From NCBI GenBank assembly GCA_964036045.1, contig OZ038379.1, positions 9,176,001-9,240,000 of the forward strand: DNA of 64,000 nucleotides, read 5' to 3'. The notes under the pieces were generated by a model that saw nothing but the letters and a program-made list of their open reading frames with translations, did not search any database and was not told where the DNA came from. Positions within the stretch are counted from its first letter, which is position 1; each line of letters opens with the position of its first letter. Shown one piece after another: positions 25,801-39,000 of the stretch. The stretch is from Eutreptiella sp. 'Long Island Sound 2002'. Its lineage: Eukaryota > Protista > Euglenida. The position numbers were made by a program, and so were the translations under genes.

Positions 25801-26378
25801 CAGCAACCAGCCCTGCAAGCACATCCCAATCTGCATCCCCAACCCCGTCGGCCGCTGTATCTCAAACCACGAGTGCATCAGCAACAGCCATCACGACCGC
25901 ATCGCCCTCGGCGTCCGCTTCGTCACCCGCCAGTGCATCGGCAACTGCATCTTCCACCGCATCCTCACGCGCCCTTGCGCTCCCCACTGCCGTCCTCACA
26001 CCTCTCCCCACCTCGACGCTGACGCCATCGCACACCGCATTTCCAACGATAACAGTGTCCCCCTCGCCGACTCACTACTTGACCGCACCCCCCGCTGCAT
26101 TCCCATTCCCGTCTCCCACGGCATCCGCAACGTCGACTGCGCTCATCACAACGTCCGCCACCACATCGCCATCAGCGTCCACTGCTGCATCCGCAACTTC
26201 TGTCTCAAGTGCGTCGCCAACACCATCAGCATCCCCGTCCTGGAGTGCCGCCGCCGCCGCGTCCTCCACTGCCTCCTCCACTGCCACGTCCCACGCGACC
26301 CCGGCCGCCGTGAATTGCACGTCCGATGGATCCCTTCAGCTTGACTGTCTTCCGCCGGGCATCGCTGCGCGGCTGCAG
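22867..26378 (+). CDS. Exon: mucin-like Ser/Thr/Pro/Ala stalk (~1,170 aa)
   Basis: Lies within ORF 22665..26783. atgcag|GT acceptor (phase 1), CAG|gtcagg donor (phase 0). SPxASP/TASPT repeats, ending VNCTSDGSLQLDCLPPGIAARLQ. Confidence 0.85.
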
Positions 26379-28037
26379 GTCAGGCTGTCAATGCGGGTGC
26401 AGTGGAGGAGGGGCCGACGTGAGAAACTGCCCAGCGACTGTGAGATTGGGCTGCAAGGAGCCCCTGTGTGGCAGGGGGGAAGCCGTCCAGTCGAGCATGC
26501 CCCCTCTTTTCCTGCACACCACAGCAGAGCCCCTTCACCAACCAGGATGCCCAGGCGCAGTGTGCGCCTGCCGTGCGCATGCGATCGCAATAAGTGCACT
26601 CAACAATACGGAGCCGGCCCTTGGAGCCCCCTCCAGGCTGGGGGGGGGGTTGGAAAAGGGGCTCCAAGCCCCCCCCCCCCCCCACCCGAAGTAAATTTTC
26701 GGGAGCCCAGTGTGCATGGTGTCAGCGCATGTGTACATCTTGTGTGCACCGCGTGTGCAGCCTATGCACATATGCAAGCGTGACCGTGACATGTCCCGTT
26801 TGTCGTTGGTGGGCCCACAACCGCAGTGAGCAGCGCCTAACACCGCTTCCGCCTTTCCAGTAATGTTGCGTCATGTATGTTGGGTGAAGAAATATACTTG
26901 GGACTGGGCCGCTTTCTTCCAGCTCAGTCCAGGTCACGTTGGTCGTGGCCGGGGCACTATCTTTCCAACCGGCGCCCGGGGGGGGGGGGGGGCGTATCGG
27001 GACCGCGCCGCTTCCCAACACCCCCTTTTTGCACAGGGGGGTTGTCCCATGGCGGTGGGGGGGGATCGTTCGCTTTTGGCGGTTCGCTGAGCGCCCGACC
27101 GACGGCGTCAGCCGCTTTGCTGGAGGCATGATCACGGTTGTATAACTGATTGGCGGTTTCCAGTTGATGACAGCCGTTGTCGGTTCAGTGACGGGCGGTT
27201 GGCAAGGGGGTCGCTCAGTGGACGGGAAGGGGGAATGTGGAATGGCAAAATTTGGCACAACAAAAGTGTGCCAAATTTTGCCGTGGCATTTGAAGGTCCG
27301 AAGCCATTTTTGGGTGTCATTTTAGGCGCTCGTGGCATGCCCATTTCCATTGTGCCCACCAACAACCATCTAGAAGCCTCCAAGAAACAACTGCGGCCAA
27401 CCAAAGGCCCATAGGAAATCACAACCACCACCATTCACGGTCTCCGCTTCTTCTTGTGCCACAGTCCTACCCCGCCCCCCCTTTGTATAAGCTACGCCCT
27501 TGTCCAAGCTACAGTAGGCGTAGGGACCGTAATAATTGTGTACGCAATTCAATTACGTACGAAATGTAGTGTGGCCACATAAGACATGGGTTTGTCGTCA
27601 CATCTGCAAATTTCAGCACATGTGGCCCCCTGCTGGTGCACCAGGATTTTTTTTTTTAAGTATGATGCACCCCATAGGTCCTGAATTGCCAATTTCAGCA
27701 CATGTGGCCTGCGCACGTGTGTGTCGGCAGTTGTATGTGTTGTGCGCAAGCCACGCCCTTGTCCAAGCTACAGTAGGCGTAGGGAAAGTAATAATTGTGG
27801 ACATTGGCGTAGCTTATACAAGGGGGGGGGGGTAGTTTTCCCCTCCCCAGTACATCACCCGGATCATCACTGAGGACTGTGTGAGAAGGACCGGGGAGGA
27901 TGCGGGGGAGGACGCGGAGGGTGGCCGAGGAGGACGCGGAGGGTGGCCGAGGAGGACGCCGGGTGCAGAATGCGGAGGGTGACCGGGCCCTTCGCATTGT
28001 CCGCGCTTCAGGTCTCCGCAGTGCTCAACTTCCTCAG

Positions 28038-28961
28038 GTGCCCCGCCGGAGCATTGTCATCGTAGATGAGGAGACGGGACTGCTGTACTTGGGGGGCACG
28101 CCGCTGCTGGTCCTCGACGTCCTGCACTCCTACCGCCTGGTCGCCTCCGTGGCGCTGGGAGGTGTCATCAGAAGCGGGTTCGTGGGCCCGGACGCGGTCC
28201 ACTTCGTGGTGCAGGAGGAGGCCCCCGGCGGCCACGGCCTCGTCTACGTGTCCGTGACCCTGGGGCACGCCCCGACGGTCCGCCACCGCGTCGCCGTTGC
28301 GCCCGCGACCGCCCCCACAGAGGCGCGGCCCATGCGCCCGCAGTCGGCGGCGCAGGACTTCGTCGCCCTTTTCCCGCTCGAGGGCCTCCCGTGCGTGTTC
28401 ACCTTCGCGGCCGGCGAGGCCCGCGTCGCGATCCTCCGGGGCAACGCCTCCGGGATCGCGTACCGCGTCGCGGCCCACGAGCTGCAGCTGGACCAGGTAC
28501 GCGACGCGCGCGCGCTCGCCCACGGCGACCGCCCAACGACCCTGTGGCTCGCGGGCGCGTGGCAGGGGCGGTGGCAGGCCACCGCGCTCCCGCTCTCCCT
28601 CACGGCCCAGGCAGCGCCGCTGCGCGCCCGGATCGCCGCCGCGGTGCCGGAGTGCTCCGCCGCGGCCCCGTGCGATGCGGCCGGGGCTTTCGAGGTCGCG
28701 CTGGACGGCGCGGTCTTCCTGGTGCTGGTGGGCGCGGACCGGCTGGTGGTCGTGGCGTTGGACGCGGCAACGCACGAGGTGCGGCGCACCGCGGCCGTCA
28801 GCAGGCCCCCGGGCGGGCCTTGGGCGGGGGGGCTGGCCCTCGATCCCCTGACCAACACGCTGCTCTTGTGGCAGGGGTTGCCGGGCGCTGTGTACAAGCT
28901 GCGAGCGGACTCCCTCGCGCTGTACGAGACCGTCCCCATGGGAACCCCCGAGAGCCCGGAG
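28038..28961 (+). CDS. Exon: beta-propeller-like extracellular block
   Basis: Strong GC3 bias. cctcag|GTG acceptor, GAG|gtgcgt donor, phase 0-0. Short beta-strand motifs such as GLALDPLTNTLLL and VYKL. Fold assignment is inference. Confidence 0.8.
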
Positions 28962-29106
28962 GTGCGTGCGTGTCCGTAATGCATTGGTTTGTGTTTCTTT
29001 GCACTTGTCTTAACTTGTGCACATGAAAGTCCCCCAATACAGGGCAGGCCCGACGGTCCCTTTGCGCATTGTGAGGACAGGTACAGCAGCACCCGACGAC
29101 AGGCAG

Positions 29107-29177
29107 CACCACCACCACCACCACCACCACCACCACCACCACCACCACCACCACCACCACCACCACCACCACCACCA
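29107..29177. repeat. (CAC)n microsatellite, ~24 units
   Basis: Directly visible; intronic. Confidence 0.95.
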
Positions 29178-30457
29178 GCAGTGCGTTGCATACACCCTTA
29201 CCAATCCCACCAGCCCCATTACACCGCTCACCAACTCGTTCCACAACCGCTCGTAAGCCCCAACTACTTTCCACCACCCCCTCCACACCTCTGAAAGATC
29301 CTGCACAACCCTTCCAATCCACCGTTCGTCGCTGTTGTGCTCGCACAGCCACTCGGGAGAAGGAAATGACGATCTCATGTGAACACAATGGGGAGAGCAG
29401 AGCTACCGGGCGCCAGGGGTTTCCATGCGAACACACCTTCCGTCCGGCCTCGTTTTTAGTCACCCGGGGGTACCCCCGCTTTCCCCCTTTCCCGGGCCTT
29501 CGGTCACGCTTCCTTGCCCGAGGTAGACGGGCTTGGGGCTGACATGACCAGTGGTACTGAAGGCGCCAGAAACTTCTATCGATGCCCCCCCCCCCCCTCA
29601 AAATTTCACTCTCACATATTCCTCGAATTGATGGGTGCAACGTTGCCATCGTTTTGGGGCATGTATTTGTCGTCCCCCCCCCCCCCCTAAGGGGCCCATG
29701 TTCAGTTGTACGGGGGGGGGATCTCAAACCGAAAGTCCCCCCCCCCCTCCCTCCGGTGCGTCCTGTCAAGGCAGTCTTGACCGGCGGCTGGTGGTCAGCC
29801 GTCGACGGATAATAGCCTGCGTCGGGTGGTCAACTAATGTTTGTTGTGCGGTCAACCACTGGCAGTTGGCGTGGGACAAACAAATTCTACCTTTTTGTTG
29901 TGAAATGGGGAGGAAAAGTCCCGTACGGCGGTGCAGGCCACCTGCTCGCATATGGACAGCTGTCGCCTCCCGGGGTTGTGCAGGTTCTTCACAAACCCGC
30001 GCGGCGTGTTCTCTGAAGGGCGACTTGGGTTTTTTTTTTGTCTAGGACCGCCGCCAGCGGGTAACGGCCAACCGCTGGCTGCTCCGGGCAGGCACTTGGA
30101 TTCCGCATTGGCGTCCGTTGCCCCACTCGTAACCCCCAACCGTCGACGTCTAACCGCCAGCCACCGACAGTTGATGGTCAATTGACGGTTGTTGGCAGTT
30201 GTTTTTTTTTTGCATTGCTTTGCGCCGTAGATTTTCTTTGCGCCCCCCCCCCTCCCTCTCGTGTCCAACGATTGCATTTTCCAATGAACACTTGCACTTC
30301 CGTTCGGACCGTATTTTTTTTGAGGATTTTATTGTTCGCTGGACACGGGGGGGGGGTTACCAATTTTGGACTGCAGAGTATTGGGACACGATCTATATTT
30401 TGTCTCAGCATTCAGGAGGCCCCAAGCCCACGGCTCCTCTCTCTGCCCTGTGTGTAG

Positions 30458-32573
30458 GCCCTGTATGCGATGACCGCCGCCCCGGCGCTTCGGACTCTGT
30501 ACACAGTCGGCGAGGCCAGTGACGAAGAGCCCTTCATTTCCACTTTGCTGCTGTACACCGCCACAGGGGTAGAGCCCCCGCTGGCGGACGTGGCCGGAGG
30601 CACGGCCCTCACCATCACCGGCGAGGGCTTCGCCGACGCCGGGGCCGGGCTCCAGTGCCAGTTCTCGGACGGGCGGGCCGTGCCGGCCACCCTGCGCTCT
30701 GCGTCGGCCGTGGAGTGCGCGGCCCCGCAGGTCGCGGGCGGCGGCCCGGCGTGGGAAGCGGTGGAGGTGCGGATCGTGCCGTGGCTGCCGGCCCGCGGCG
30801 CCGTGCGGGTGCAGCGCACCCCCAGCCCGGCCCCGACGGGGCTCTCCCCCGCCCGCGGCTACTACGCCGAGCCGCAGTGGGTGGAGGTGCGGGGCGCCGG
30901 GTTCGTGGGCTCGGCGTACCTCAGCTGCCGGTTCGGCAGCGGCAACGCATCGCGGGTGGCGCACGACGGGGTCCGCTTCGTGTCGGCGGCGGAGGTGCAC
31001 TGCCGGCGGCCCGCCCTCGGGGCGCCCACGTCCCCGCAGCCGCTGGCGGTGGAGGTGTCCAACGACGGCCAGGCCTTCGTGCCGGCCCCCGCGGGCTTCG
31101 TCGTGCTGGGCCCGGCACGGGCCCTGGAGTGGGCGGTGGGCCGCGTGCGCGTCCCCGCGGGTGAGCTCAGCGCGGTCCCGGGCCTGGCGCTGTACAGCGT
31201 CGATGCCTGGGGCCGCCGGCTGCTGCGCCACGACCCCCTGGTCCTGCCGGTGGCGCTGCTCCTCGCGCCTGATCCCTCCGGCCCCGCGCCCCAATACACC
31301 GGCGGCGCCGCGGAGCTGCGGGACGGCGCGGCGGAGTTGCCCGTCGAGCTCGTGCGGCCGCCGGTCGGGCGGTACGAGCTGCGCGTCGACCGCACGCCGG
31401 GGTTTGCGGCCGCGGGCCTCGCGGCGCCGGAGCCCGTCGTGGTCGACGTCGTGGAGGGCGCCCCGGCAGCGCTGCGGATCGTGCGGCAGCCGTCCAACGA
31501 GACGTCTGCCGGCGCCGGGGCGCTGCCCGTGCAGCCCGTCGTGGAGATGCAGGACGCAGCCGGCAACCGCGTGCGGGGCCGCCCGGAGCTGCGGCTGCAC
31601 GCCCACCTCGAGCCCCTCCCGCCCCAATCCGCCGGGCCGCTGGGCGTCGCGTCCGCCGCCGACGGCCGGTTCGAGTTCGCCGGCCTCGCCGTCCCGGCCG
31701 CGGCATCGGGGGGTCGCGTGTACCACCTCCGCTTCGGGCTGGCGCCGCCCGCCGCCGCGGTTCCCGCCGTCGTCTCCCGCGCCATCCGCGTCCGGCTCTG
31801 CGCCCCGGCGCAGTTCTACCGCGAGGGCGACGCCGCGTGCGCCCCCTGCCCCCGCGGGGCCGTCTGCGACGGCGCCGCGGTGGTGTCGGTGCCGGACGGG
31901 TACTGGCTCCCGCCCGGGGGCGCGCAGGTCGTCAAGTGCCCGGCCGGGACCGGCGAAGGGGCCCTCCCCTGCCTCGCCGGCGCCCCCGGGGCGCCCGGAG
32001 GCTGCGCGCCGGGCCACGCGGGCCTGTTCTGCGCCGTCTGCGCCCCCGGACACGCCGGGGACGGCTGCGAGCCCTGCGGGGCTTCGCCGTGGCCCGGGCT
32101 CTCGGTCCTGGGGTTCGCGACGGCGTTCCTCGCGCTGCTGGCGTACGCGGCGTGGCAGGCCTACACCCTCGACCCCGAGGGCCACCGGTCGCTCGTGCTG
32201 CCGCTCTCCAAGCGGCTCCTCGTGTACTGCCAGCTCCTCTACCTCCTCCAACCGCTGCTGCCGCACAGCGCCGGGCGCACCCTCGCGGGCGTCGCCGCGG
32301 TCCTCAGCCTGCGGCCGCCGGCCGCGGGGCTGAGGTGCGTGGCTGGGGCCGGGACGCTGGGCCGGCTCTACGCCGCGATGGCGCTGCCGGTGGTGGGGCT
32401 GCTGGTCGCGCTGGCCGTGTTCGGGGTGCTCCGGCTCCGGCGCCGCCGCCGCCGCCGGTCGCTCGTGGAGGAGTTCCACAGCGCCGAGAAGGCGGGGCTG
32501 GACTGGTCGTCGACGTGGGACGGGCAGGAGGCGGCGGAGCAGGCGGGGGTCAGGCCCCAGAAGCGCGTCGCAG
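30458..32573 (+). CDS. Exon: two IPT/TIG domains, Ig-like domain, Cys-rich region, first ~3 TM helices
   Basis: gtgtag|GCC acceptor. TIG motifs (GGTALTITGEGF...LQCQF; VEVSNDGQ), CxxCPxGAVC...GYW...CAPGHAGLFCAVC, hydrophobic helices then RRRRRRR. Donor is either G|gtccct (32574, phase 1) or GGG|gtcagg (32549, phase 0). Confidence 0.85.
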
Positions 32574-34011
32574 GTCCCTGGCCCCTCCCATCTCTGCCCG
32601 TGCCCCCGACGGTTCTCTCTGCCATTGCTCTGGCCTTTGCATCCGCCTGCTCCCGCGCCCCTGACCCTGCCTCACTCTGGGGGGGGGGGGTGGAGGGTGA
32701 GTGGGTGGTTCCGTTCTTGACCGCCCCCCGGCCCGAGGCTAGACCACTGGCTGCTAAGACCTTGGTGACCCCGACTCAACACAAGACCAGCACCCTCAGC
32801 GTGCTGCTTGGTGGGTCGCTGGCCGCACTGCCGTACCAAGCGCATCAGCTGACCCGGCCCCCACCGGGGCTGCGTTTGCCTTACGGTCCGTGTCCCTGGA
32901 AGAGCCCTAACCCCCTGGCCCTCCAGGGCTAGAAGCCCAAAGCCCAGAGCCGCAGCCCCCCAACCCCCCGGCGCATAAGGCCATGAGTGGGTTGGTGGGG
33001 TGCAGCTGGTGAGGGCAGCTGCAAATTACCCCCCCCAAAACATGTGTACCGAGCACGGTACGATGCTGGAAACATGGCATCAGACCCCCCCTGCCCTTAC
33101 CATGAAGATGCTGGACCCTCCCTCTTCCTCCTCTGCCCCTGCCCTTGCCCCTGCACCTCCCCTGATTTGCCTCTGCCCATGGTTCTGCCCCGTTCGCTAC
33201 CCCTGCCCCTGCCTGCCCATTCCTGGAGTGGGATGCAGTGCGCGGAGAGGACATGACGGGCACCATGTCACAGAAAGGCCTGTGGGGAGGTAGGGAGGTG
33301 CTGGATCTGGTGGAAACGACAAGGAGCTGTGTTAACTGCGGCAGGTGCCACCCCAGATCGAAATTTTCGGGAATGAGCCCGGGAATGGGTGGGGGAGGTC
33401 GGTCGACAGCAAAGTGAGCACCGGGAGGGCATGAGGCTGCAGAGGATAGGCTCCTCAGTTTGCAGCTTTGGTCTGAACTCTCAGGGGTGCCAGAGTCCTG
33501 AGTGGTGACTGTGCCGTCAGGAGAGAATTGGCCATCTGGGGTTGTGTGGCCGGGCTGTTGAAAGCCTATGCACGTGCTGTGTTGATGGTGATCTCGCAAC
33601 ATAACGCCCTTACAATGGTATGGTAAGGTATGCACAGAAGCCGATGTTGGTTCAGTATGATTTGCGGCCTCCTGCGCCTCTGTCCCTTCCTCTGCTTTGC
33701 CCCTGCCTCTGCCCCGGTCCCTGCCTGTACCTCTCCTCCTGCCTCTGCCTGTGCCTCTGCGCGTGCCCCTGCCCGTGTCCCTCGTCCCCCCTTGCTGCAA
33801 GGGCTTGGGTGTGGTGGAGACACCCATGTCGCGAGCTTTGGGTGTAGAGGTCGGCTTGGTCAAAGGCAACGTCGGGGTGCCGAGGGGGGGGCGGCCACCC
33901 GCGCTGGAAAGCGGAGACCCAAAGCCACAGCCAAAGCCCATGTTCCTGCCCCTGCCCCCGCCCTTGCCTCTGCCTCTGCCTCGCCCTGCCACTGTTGCTG
34001 CCTCTACCCAG

Positions 34012-34295
34012 GTGCGACCAAGCACAAAGACATTGAGGCTCGCTCCCCAAAGATGGGCAAAGAGGGTGTTGACTCTGCTGCTTCATCATGGGTTTCATGT
34101 GGCAAAGGGGAGAAATCGGTTGGGGGCGCCCCATCCTCCTCCTCTCCACCCTCCTCCTGTGTCAATGCAGAGGACATTGGTGCATCATTCTCTTCTTCGG
34201 ACAAGAAGGGCAGTAGCGGGGATCAGTGGACTCCGGGCCCGAAACAGAAGGGCAAGGCTGTGGAGGTGCAGTCTCCAACATGCATCCGCAATCAG
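34012..34295 (+). CDS. Possible linker exon in the cytoplasmic loop
   Basis: Pyrimidine tract plus cccag|GT (phase 1) and CAG|gtccct (phase 0) bridge 32573 to 36066 in frame. It is dispensable if the 32549 donor is used. Confidence 0.45.
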
Positions 34296-36065
34296 GTCCC
34301 TGTCCCTGCCCCTCTACCCGTGCCTCTACGCCCCTACCCCCTTTTTGCCATTGCCCCTGCCCCTGCCACCGTCCATGCCTACCTGTACCCTTACCCCTCG
34401 TATCCCTCGTCTTAGCATGCTACCCAGTCGTGTTGCCAGTGTTGGGAGTATTGGGCGAGTCTATGCACCTTCAAGGGTGCGGGTAGTCCCACATCCGTGT
34501 GAGGGCGCAGGTAGTCCCCCAAAGTGAGATGCAGCAAGGTGGCATGGGCTGCATGCGGAAGAGCCTCAGTCCCCCCATCAGAGTGAGGGTGCGGGGAGTG
34601 CTCCCCAGGTGAGATGATGAGTTGCCCCTTGCTGCCGGGGTGCGGGTGTGGTGGAGACATCCATGTCGTGCTGCCCCAAACTTTGGTGTGGAGGTGAGCA
34701 TGATCAGCGGTATAGCACAGCTAAGTAGGGGACCGGCCACCTGCGCCGAAACGGGGAGACCCACAGCCAAAGCCACAGCTGAAGCCTCACCCCCCTCCCT
34801 ACCCTGGTCCCTGCCCTCCCCACTGCCCTTGCTGTCCCTTCCACCCCTGCCGCTACCCCGGCTTGTCCCTCCCCCTTGGCCCTTCCCTGGAGAGGAGTGG
34901 CCGCACGAGCAGAAGGAGCCTTTCTGAGCAGAGGGACAACTGTCCCACCTTCACCCACCACCGTTCCCCACCGCATGTAGACAAACAATGTGCACGATGT
35001 TCCCCCGAACAGTGTGCACACCCCGGAACTACCTAGGGGGTGGCATATTTTGTGCTCTTTGAGTCCATAGACGAATGGGTGCGGTGCAAAAGTACAGAGT
35101 TGTCTGTGTTTCCTCTTTGTTCCTTTTCTGCAGTCCACACTTCAAGGCACACCATGAAACTTCTCTGTGGCGATGGCTTTATGTGATTGACAATGACAAT
35201 GTCCGCCAAGAGCATTTGAAGTCTCAAGAGCATAAACCCCAATCAGCTCTGTCACAACAGGCCGGGTCCATGGAGCAAGGAGGGAGGGAGGTTGGGTGGC
35301 CAACACCCCCCCCCCCCCTTCCCACAGGGCTGGGAAGTTTTTGGGGTGCTGTAATCCATGGGGAGCAAGGGCTGAGGGCTGTTGCTATAAACCAGCGGTT
35401 AACGGCAGGGTTTAGGAGTACGTATGCATGCACTCCGGAGCCATGGTGAGGGCTTGGCCAATGAGGTTGCCAGCTAAAAGCAAGGCTGCTGAACCACACT
35501 TCCACAGTGAATCTGATTTGTGCCCTGTAGTATGCACCCCCTTCGGATAAAATACGGTGCAGTGAAACACTAGTCCAGGACAAGGCGAGCGACGGAGTGG
35601 CTGCTAGTGTCCGTAAACGATTAGATGCGCTCTCAATGTACACATCTGGCAAGTCGTGATTGGGCGCAAAGATTCCAACGGGACTGAGCACCTACAGTTC
35701 GAGAATGCCCTGCTGTAGTCCTGCTTGGCAGGCTGCCCCCAAAACCTGGATGGCGGATCCACCAACCCCCCCCCCCCCCCTTCCCCGAAGATAAGCACCA
35801 GGCTGTGTTTATTGAGGGAGTTTTTTTCCGGGAGGGGTGGTTTGGGGCGGTCCTGCGAGGGGCCGCCTGGTCAAATCTGATTCCCGAAGCCGAAAACTGG
35901 GTGAAAATTTGGGGCTGAGTGGGTCTCAGGGCCAACAGACCCCCCTCTCCTCTCATAAATACAGCTTGATCAACACATGCCTGCACCCAACCCCAACATC
36001 CTCCTCCTTCCCTGCCCCGTTCCTTCCCCCATGCCTCCCCCTACCCTGCCCCTGCTTCCGCCTAG

Positions 36066-39000
36066 GGCATCGATCTGGACGTCACCAGCCCGATGAAGGA
36101 GAACCCGGACATGGAGTTCTGGTCGCCCAACAAGACCGAGAGGAAGACCGCCTCGAAGACCACCTCGTTCGCCGCCGCCTTCTGGTCCCCCCGGAAGGAG
36201 GAGAAGGCGGCCCAGGCCGCCGCCGCCGCCTCTGCCTCGTCCGCCTCCGACGCGGCACCGGACATCGAGGCCCGCCCGCCGGCCACGAACAAGGACCCCG
36301 AGGCCACTGCCGCGGCCCCAGAGCCTGAGAGGGAGCCCCCGCTGAAGTTCGAGGAGGTCCGCAAAGAGCAGGCGGTGGCCGCGCCGGCCGTGAGTCTGCT
36401 CAGCAGCGGGGGCCCCTGGCAGGTCGTGCTGGCGGGCGTGAGCGTGGTGCTGTTCGTGCTGTACGCCGTCCTCCTCCACGAGGGCGTGCGCCTGCAGGAC
36501 TGCGCCCGCTTCGACCTCGGCCCGCCCCCCGGCGCCCCCGACGACGGCAGCGCGTCCGACCTCCGGTACGTGTTGGCCAGTGACTACGCCGTCGAGTGCT
36601 CCGGCGGGGACTACCGCGCCGCCCAGGCCTTGGCCGTGCTGTGCCTGTGCGTGTACGGGGCCCTGGGGCCCTTGGCCGCGCCGGTGCTTGGGCGCACGCT
36701 CTGGCGGTCCCGAGAGCAGCAGGCGGCGTTCGGCTTCGTCGTGGCCCAATTCAAGGAGCAGTTCCGGTACTGGGAATCGATCGTGATGCTGCGCACGCTC
36801 CTGATCGTGCTGGTGGTCGCGCTCGCCCCGGGCCCGCAGACGCAGGCCGGCGCGTGCGCGGGGGTGCTCGGGGCGTTCCTGGCGCTACACGCCGCGTGCC
36901 GGCCCAGCCGCTCCCGCCTCGTGGACGCCCTGGAGGGCGTCGCGCTGCTGGCGCTGGTCCTCTGCCTCGTCATTGCCGCCATGTGGCACCACCTCGCCGC
37001 TGCCGCCGCCGCTGCCGCCTCCGCCGCCGCCCTGGCCCCGCCCCCGGCCCTGGAGGTCGCCATCCCGGTGCTCCTGTCCGGCCCCGCGCTCGCCTTCGCC
37101 GCGGCGGTGCTGCTGCCGCTCCTGCGGCCCCTGGTGTGCTGCGGCGCGGTGCGGCGCGGCAGCGCGGCGGAGCCGGAGTACGTCAAGGACCGCGACCCCG
37201 ACGCGGAGATCTTCCGGAAGGCGGTGCCGATCGTGCCGGGGGCCGACGCGCCGCGACCCGCGGAGGCGAAGAGCAAGGCCCACTTCCGCGGCGCCCGCCC
37301 CCCGGCAGTGTGCACCGCCCCCGCGCAGGCGCGCCTGGGGCTGGGGACCCCCGCGTCCGGCCGGTCCGCGCGGCTGAGGACTGGCAGCCCGCGGTCCAAC
37401 ACCGGCACCCCCCGGGGCCTGACGGCGCAGTTCAACACCAGCGGCCGGCACCAGCTCCACCCGCCGGACGTGTGGCTCACGTCCCCGACCTCTGGGCTGC
37501 GCGGGTCCGCCGGGGCCTCGCTGGGCGGGTCCCTCGGGGCCTCGCTGGGCGGGTCCCTGTGGCACCCCGACGCGGCCGAGGCCCCGCGGTCGCCGTACAG
37601 CGCGGGCGCCGCGGCGCTGCCGGGCCAGCCCGGGCGCCCCGGCGCCGGCGCGCATGCGGCGGCCTCGGGATCGCCGGGCCCGGGGTCGCTCCTGAAGCAG
37701 ATCTTCCAGGACGTGATCCTCTCGGACCGCGAGGCGGCGGAGCACCACCCGGCGGAGCATGCGGTGCGAGGCCGGCCGGGCAGTCGGGGGCTGGTGTCCC
37801 TGGCCGACCTCGGCCCCGTGCCCCCGCCGCCCCGGGTCCCGTCCGCCGTGCGCTTCGGCCCCACAGAGACCGTGGGCACCAACACCGACACGTCGACCAG
37901 CTGCAGCTCGCCCGTGTGGCTCCAGGAGTCCGCGCCCGACCTCTCTCCGGTCCGCATCTCCCCCGTGTGGCGGTCCCCGCTGGGCTCAAGTTTTGCCGGG
38001 GCTGCGTCCCCTGCGCGGGAGGCCTCACCCTCGCCGCCCTCGTGGGAAGCCGCCGTGGCACCGAAGGAGGAGGAGGAGGAGGAGAGGAGGGAGCAGGCTC
38101 CTGCAGCTCCAGAGGCACCGGAGGGCGCCGCGGCTGCTCCAGAGGGTCCCGCTGCGGCGCCGCCGGATGAGGATGCGGCACCCGACGACGCTGCTGGTGC
38201 CCCGGAGGATCATGCCGCTGCGGCACCGCCGGATGCGGCTGCGGCACCGGAGGAAGTGGAGGATGCCGCCCTGGCGACGGAGCAGATGCCCGCGGCGATG
38301 GAGGATGCCTCTCCGACCCCCGTGATGGTGGATGCCTCTGCGGTGTCGGAGGATGCCTCTGTGGTGACAGAGCCACCGGCCGCTGCCGCATCAGCAGTGC
38401 GAAATACGCCACCCCCGCCGGCTGCTTCCCTGGAGACTGTGGATGCCGCCGCCTTGCTGAGCAACCCCCCCCCTGCACCAGCCGCTGCCTCAGTGCCGGT
38501 GGGTGACGCCGCTCCGGTGATGGACAACGTCTCCTCTGCGGTGGAAGAGGCTGCAGCAGCAATGAAAGATGCCTCTGCAACACCGGGGGATGCCGCTTCC
38601 GAGAGGAAGGAAGAGGTTTCTGCAGCAACGGAGGATGCCTCTCTGGCGCCGGGGGATGCCTCCCCAAGGGATGCCTGTCTGGCGCCGGGGGGCTCCGCTT
38701 CAACGTTGGGTGGTGCCTCTGCGGCGTCGGGGGATGCTGCTTTGGAGAGACGAGATTCCTCGGTGATAACGGTGGGCTCTGTGGTGATGAAGGATGCCTC
38801 TGCGGTGATGAAGGATGCCTCTGCGGTGTCAGATGCCGCCGCGCCAGGGCTGTGGGGTGCCCTTGCGGCCAGCAGTGGCGCCACTGCGGCGCCGGAGGGC
38901 GCCCCTGCGGCACCGCGCAAGAGCGACGCCTTCCTTCCGACGTTCTGGTTGCCCTTCCTGTCGAAGGGGGATGCGGCTTCGCCGTCGCCACCGCGAATGG

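Noticed and set aside
22841-25822. Long minus-strand ORFs (372 and 594 aa)
   Set aside because: Antisense shadows of the S/T/P/A stalk codons.
29010-29378. Poly-His, poly-Pro, poly-Trp or poly-Val ORFs
   Set aside because: They arise from the intronic (CAC)n microsatellite.
1733-36065. Euglenid non-conventional (non GT-AG) introns
   Set aside because: Every intron in my model is explained by GT-AG. Hidden non-conventional ones cannot be excluded without transcripts.
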